Positions 61,751-64,000 of a stretch of 64,000 nucleotides of DNA are shown in pieces. The notes beneath the pieces are model-generated. The model did not search any database. It saw nothing but the letters and a program-made list of their open reading frames with translations, and was not told the origin of the DNA. Source of the stretch: the human T2T-CHM13v2.0 reference genome, Homo sapiens; assembly GCF_009914755.1 (NCBI RefSeq), contig NC_060940.1; one strand, given 5' to 3'. The translations under genes were made by a program, and so were the position numbers. Every line of letters begins with the position of its first letter. Position 1 is the stretch's first letter.

Positions 61751-64000
61751 GCAAGTTGCTTTGGGAAGTATAGAAGTGAGGTGTCTGGTTGTGTGGGGCC
61801 AAGAGTACAGTGGCCTCAGCATCATGTCTGATGGGAAGGAGCCAGGAGAACACTGGGTCCTAGAAGAGGGAAGGGAGCTGGTATAAGATGAAATCACACA
61901 TTAGACACCAGCTTAGAGAGGTGACAACCATGTGCACAGAGTAGAACCAGAGGGAACCAGTCAGAGGCAGCTGTAACCTAAGCAGCGAGAACCCAAAGAG
62001 CTTACAGTAATGGTGGAAGTGGTGGAAACAGAGTAAGTCAAGTACAGCAATGTCAGGGGAACTTCGTGAATTAAATTGGGGGCTGTATCTTTCCTTACAG
62101 GTTTTCAAGAGAGAGGGCTGGTCATAATAAGACAGTAAAGGAGGCAGAAGAGAAGGAGGAATGCCTTCTGGGTAAGACACAATGTTCTAGCAGTAAAACT
62201 AGCAGCCTTGCTTCTAGGTAGTCAATTTTCCATCATGGACAATGTTCAGAGACTTGCCAGCTGTTGTTGCATCAGGGATGCAAGTATCAACGCGAATTTG
62301 ATGACTGCAAGTCTTTCCTTAACTTGAGATTCTGTTGTTCTAATCTTGCTGCCCTGACTTTACCAGAAATTTCACAATGACCTCCTAGGTAAGCCCAAAA
62401 AGCCCCATATCCCTTCACCACCAGGTGGGCCGCACCCCCAGCCAAGCCCCAATATGGGAGACTCAAGTCTGACCAACTCTTAGAAGTTGAGAAGTCTAAG
62501 AAAATTCACTAAGCCTGGGTCTCATCTTCTATAAGACAAGGATATTTATATCTTCCTTACTAGATTTACATTTAAAATCTAGCACAGTGCCTAGGATAAG
62601 ACGAATTGAATCTAAGTCACCTATCTATTGACTGTAAAACCTCTTGGTTGAACAATTTTATATAATACCCATTTACAAAATGCCCCCCTAAACATTAGTC
62701 CATTTGCTAGACACTAGAACTATGCTATCAAGTATGGCAGCCGCTGGCCACATGTGGTCATCCAGTAATTCTATTGTACAGCACTAGTCTAGAAGATCAG
62801 AAGAGAATAAGACAATGTGCATCTCTAAGGCCAAATATTTGGCTAAGGGTGGGGGGTAATATAAAATAACTGCATGTTTTAGAAGTTCTCTAGTAGAAGC
62901 GTGTTTACCATGGGTGCACATGGAACCAAATCTGCGAGACTGGGGCCAGGGCAGTGGCAAGTCTGAGAACCTTATGCAAGTATGATGGGTTGTGTACCTG
63001 TATGATGGTAGTGCAGGAAACCCAGACACCCTTTGATTGTTCACCTACTGTAATGAGATGCGTCTGTCTTGTAGACACATGCTCTGGCTTCCTCAACGGT
63101 CTGCAAAAATCGATCGGAACATCAAGGTTCAGAGACATGAGGAAGTCCAACCCCTGAGGCAAAAGCAATAAACAACAGATCTGAGACTTTAATCCCAAAC
63201 TATCAAGAGTTCTTGTTCTTGGCCTATATGCGGCACTGCTCCAATTTAGCAGTCTCTTAATCCTCTTCCCTAAAACCTGTCACCATCCCTTTCTGTAAAT
63301 TCTTTAACAAGTAATAGCCAGCTACAAGTAATAGCCACAGTAGCCAGAGTAGAAACGGAAGTAGAAAGCCAAAGGCAGCTTTGCACGTATACAGAAACCG
63401 ACCTTTCCTATAAACATTTCAGGTTGCCTGTGCTATATCCAAGTGCAGTCCTATCGCTTCCTTTAAATGCTACCCTGGAACCTTTGAACACAGCCTTTAA
63501 ACATGTTTGGCCTTGAGTATTCATGGAGAAATAACCATCAGGCCGGATAGATTTGTTTATTAGAATTCAAGACTCTGGAAAACAGCTTAGAGCAATTTTA
63601 AAATAGCAACCAGTGGAATAAACACACCAATGGCACAGGGTGGTCAGTGAATGTGTTGCAAACAGCCATTTATTAAAGAAAATGAAACCCTGGTGACAGT
63701 TTTAAAATCATCATCAAAACGCTTTTTGTCTAAAAGCAATATTTTTATAGCGTCTATCCCTGGCTATAAATGTGGTGTTTCTTCTTAAACAGTCCTTTCA
63801 GAACCCCAGGTCCAGCCCAGGAGACAAGCTGGTGACATCATCCTGCTCTACAAAAAAGGAATTGTTCAGCCTCCAATGAAACAGTGAGATCTGCCTTCCC
63901 CAAAGACAAGGTGGGGCAGGGGTCACCCCACCCTGTTATCTTTGATGTGTGTGATTTCTTTTTTTTTTTTTTTTTTGATGTGATTTTTTTTTTCAGGTCT

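Overview
Primate (very probably human) genomic DNA, heavily occupied by transposable elements. The only supportable coding sequence is the last two exons of VAT1L on the + strand: 17815-17898 (VKEAMQRIHDRGNIGKLILDVEKTPTPL) and 23571-23669 (MANDSTETSEAGEEEEDHEGDSENKERMPFIQ*). They are followed by a ~2.4 kb 3' UTR ending at AATAAA 26053-26058. Bases 1-17814 are intronic and ~26100-64000 intergenic. From recalled gene order this is chr16q23.1 with CLEC3A next, but I see no CLEC3A exon in the window. Nearly all ORFs in the supplied track are Alu/LTR-derived or chance ORFs. I found no new protein-coding or prokaryote-type system. The most interesting signals are: (1) a ~180 bp inverted duplication of a sequence I cannot assign to a repeat family (43651-44170 / 47044-47230), masked by a later Alu insertion; (2) a cluster of nested ERV solo LTRs (37.5-47 kb) carrying two LTR10 p53 elements, a MER41 GAS site and an LTR12 CCAAT array; (3) two MER41 LTRs 25 kb apart that each received an AluY at the same site, apparently independently; (4) consensus CTCF motifs, one ~90 bp upstream of the penultimate VAT1L exon. 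Repeat subfamily names come from remembered consensus sequences and boundaries are approximate, so both should be confirmed with RepeatMasker/Dfam.
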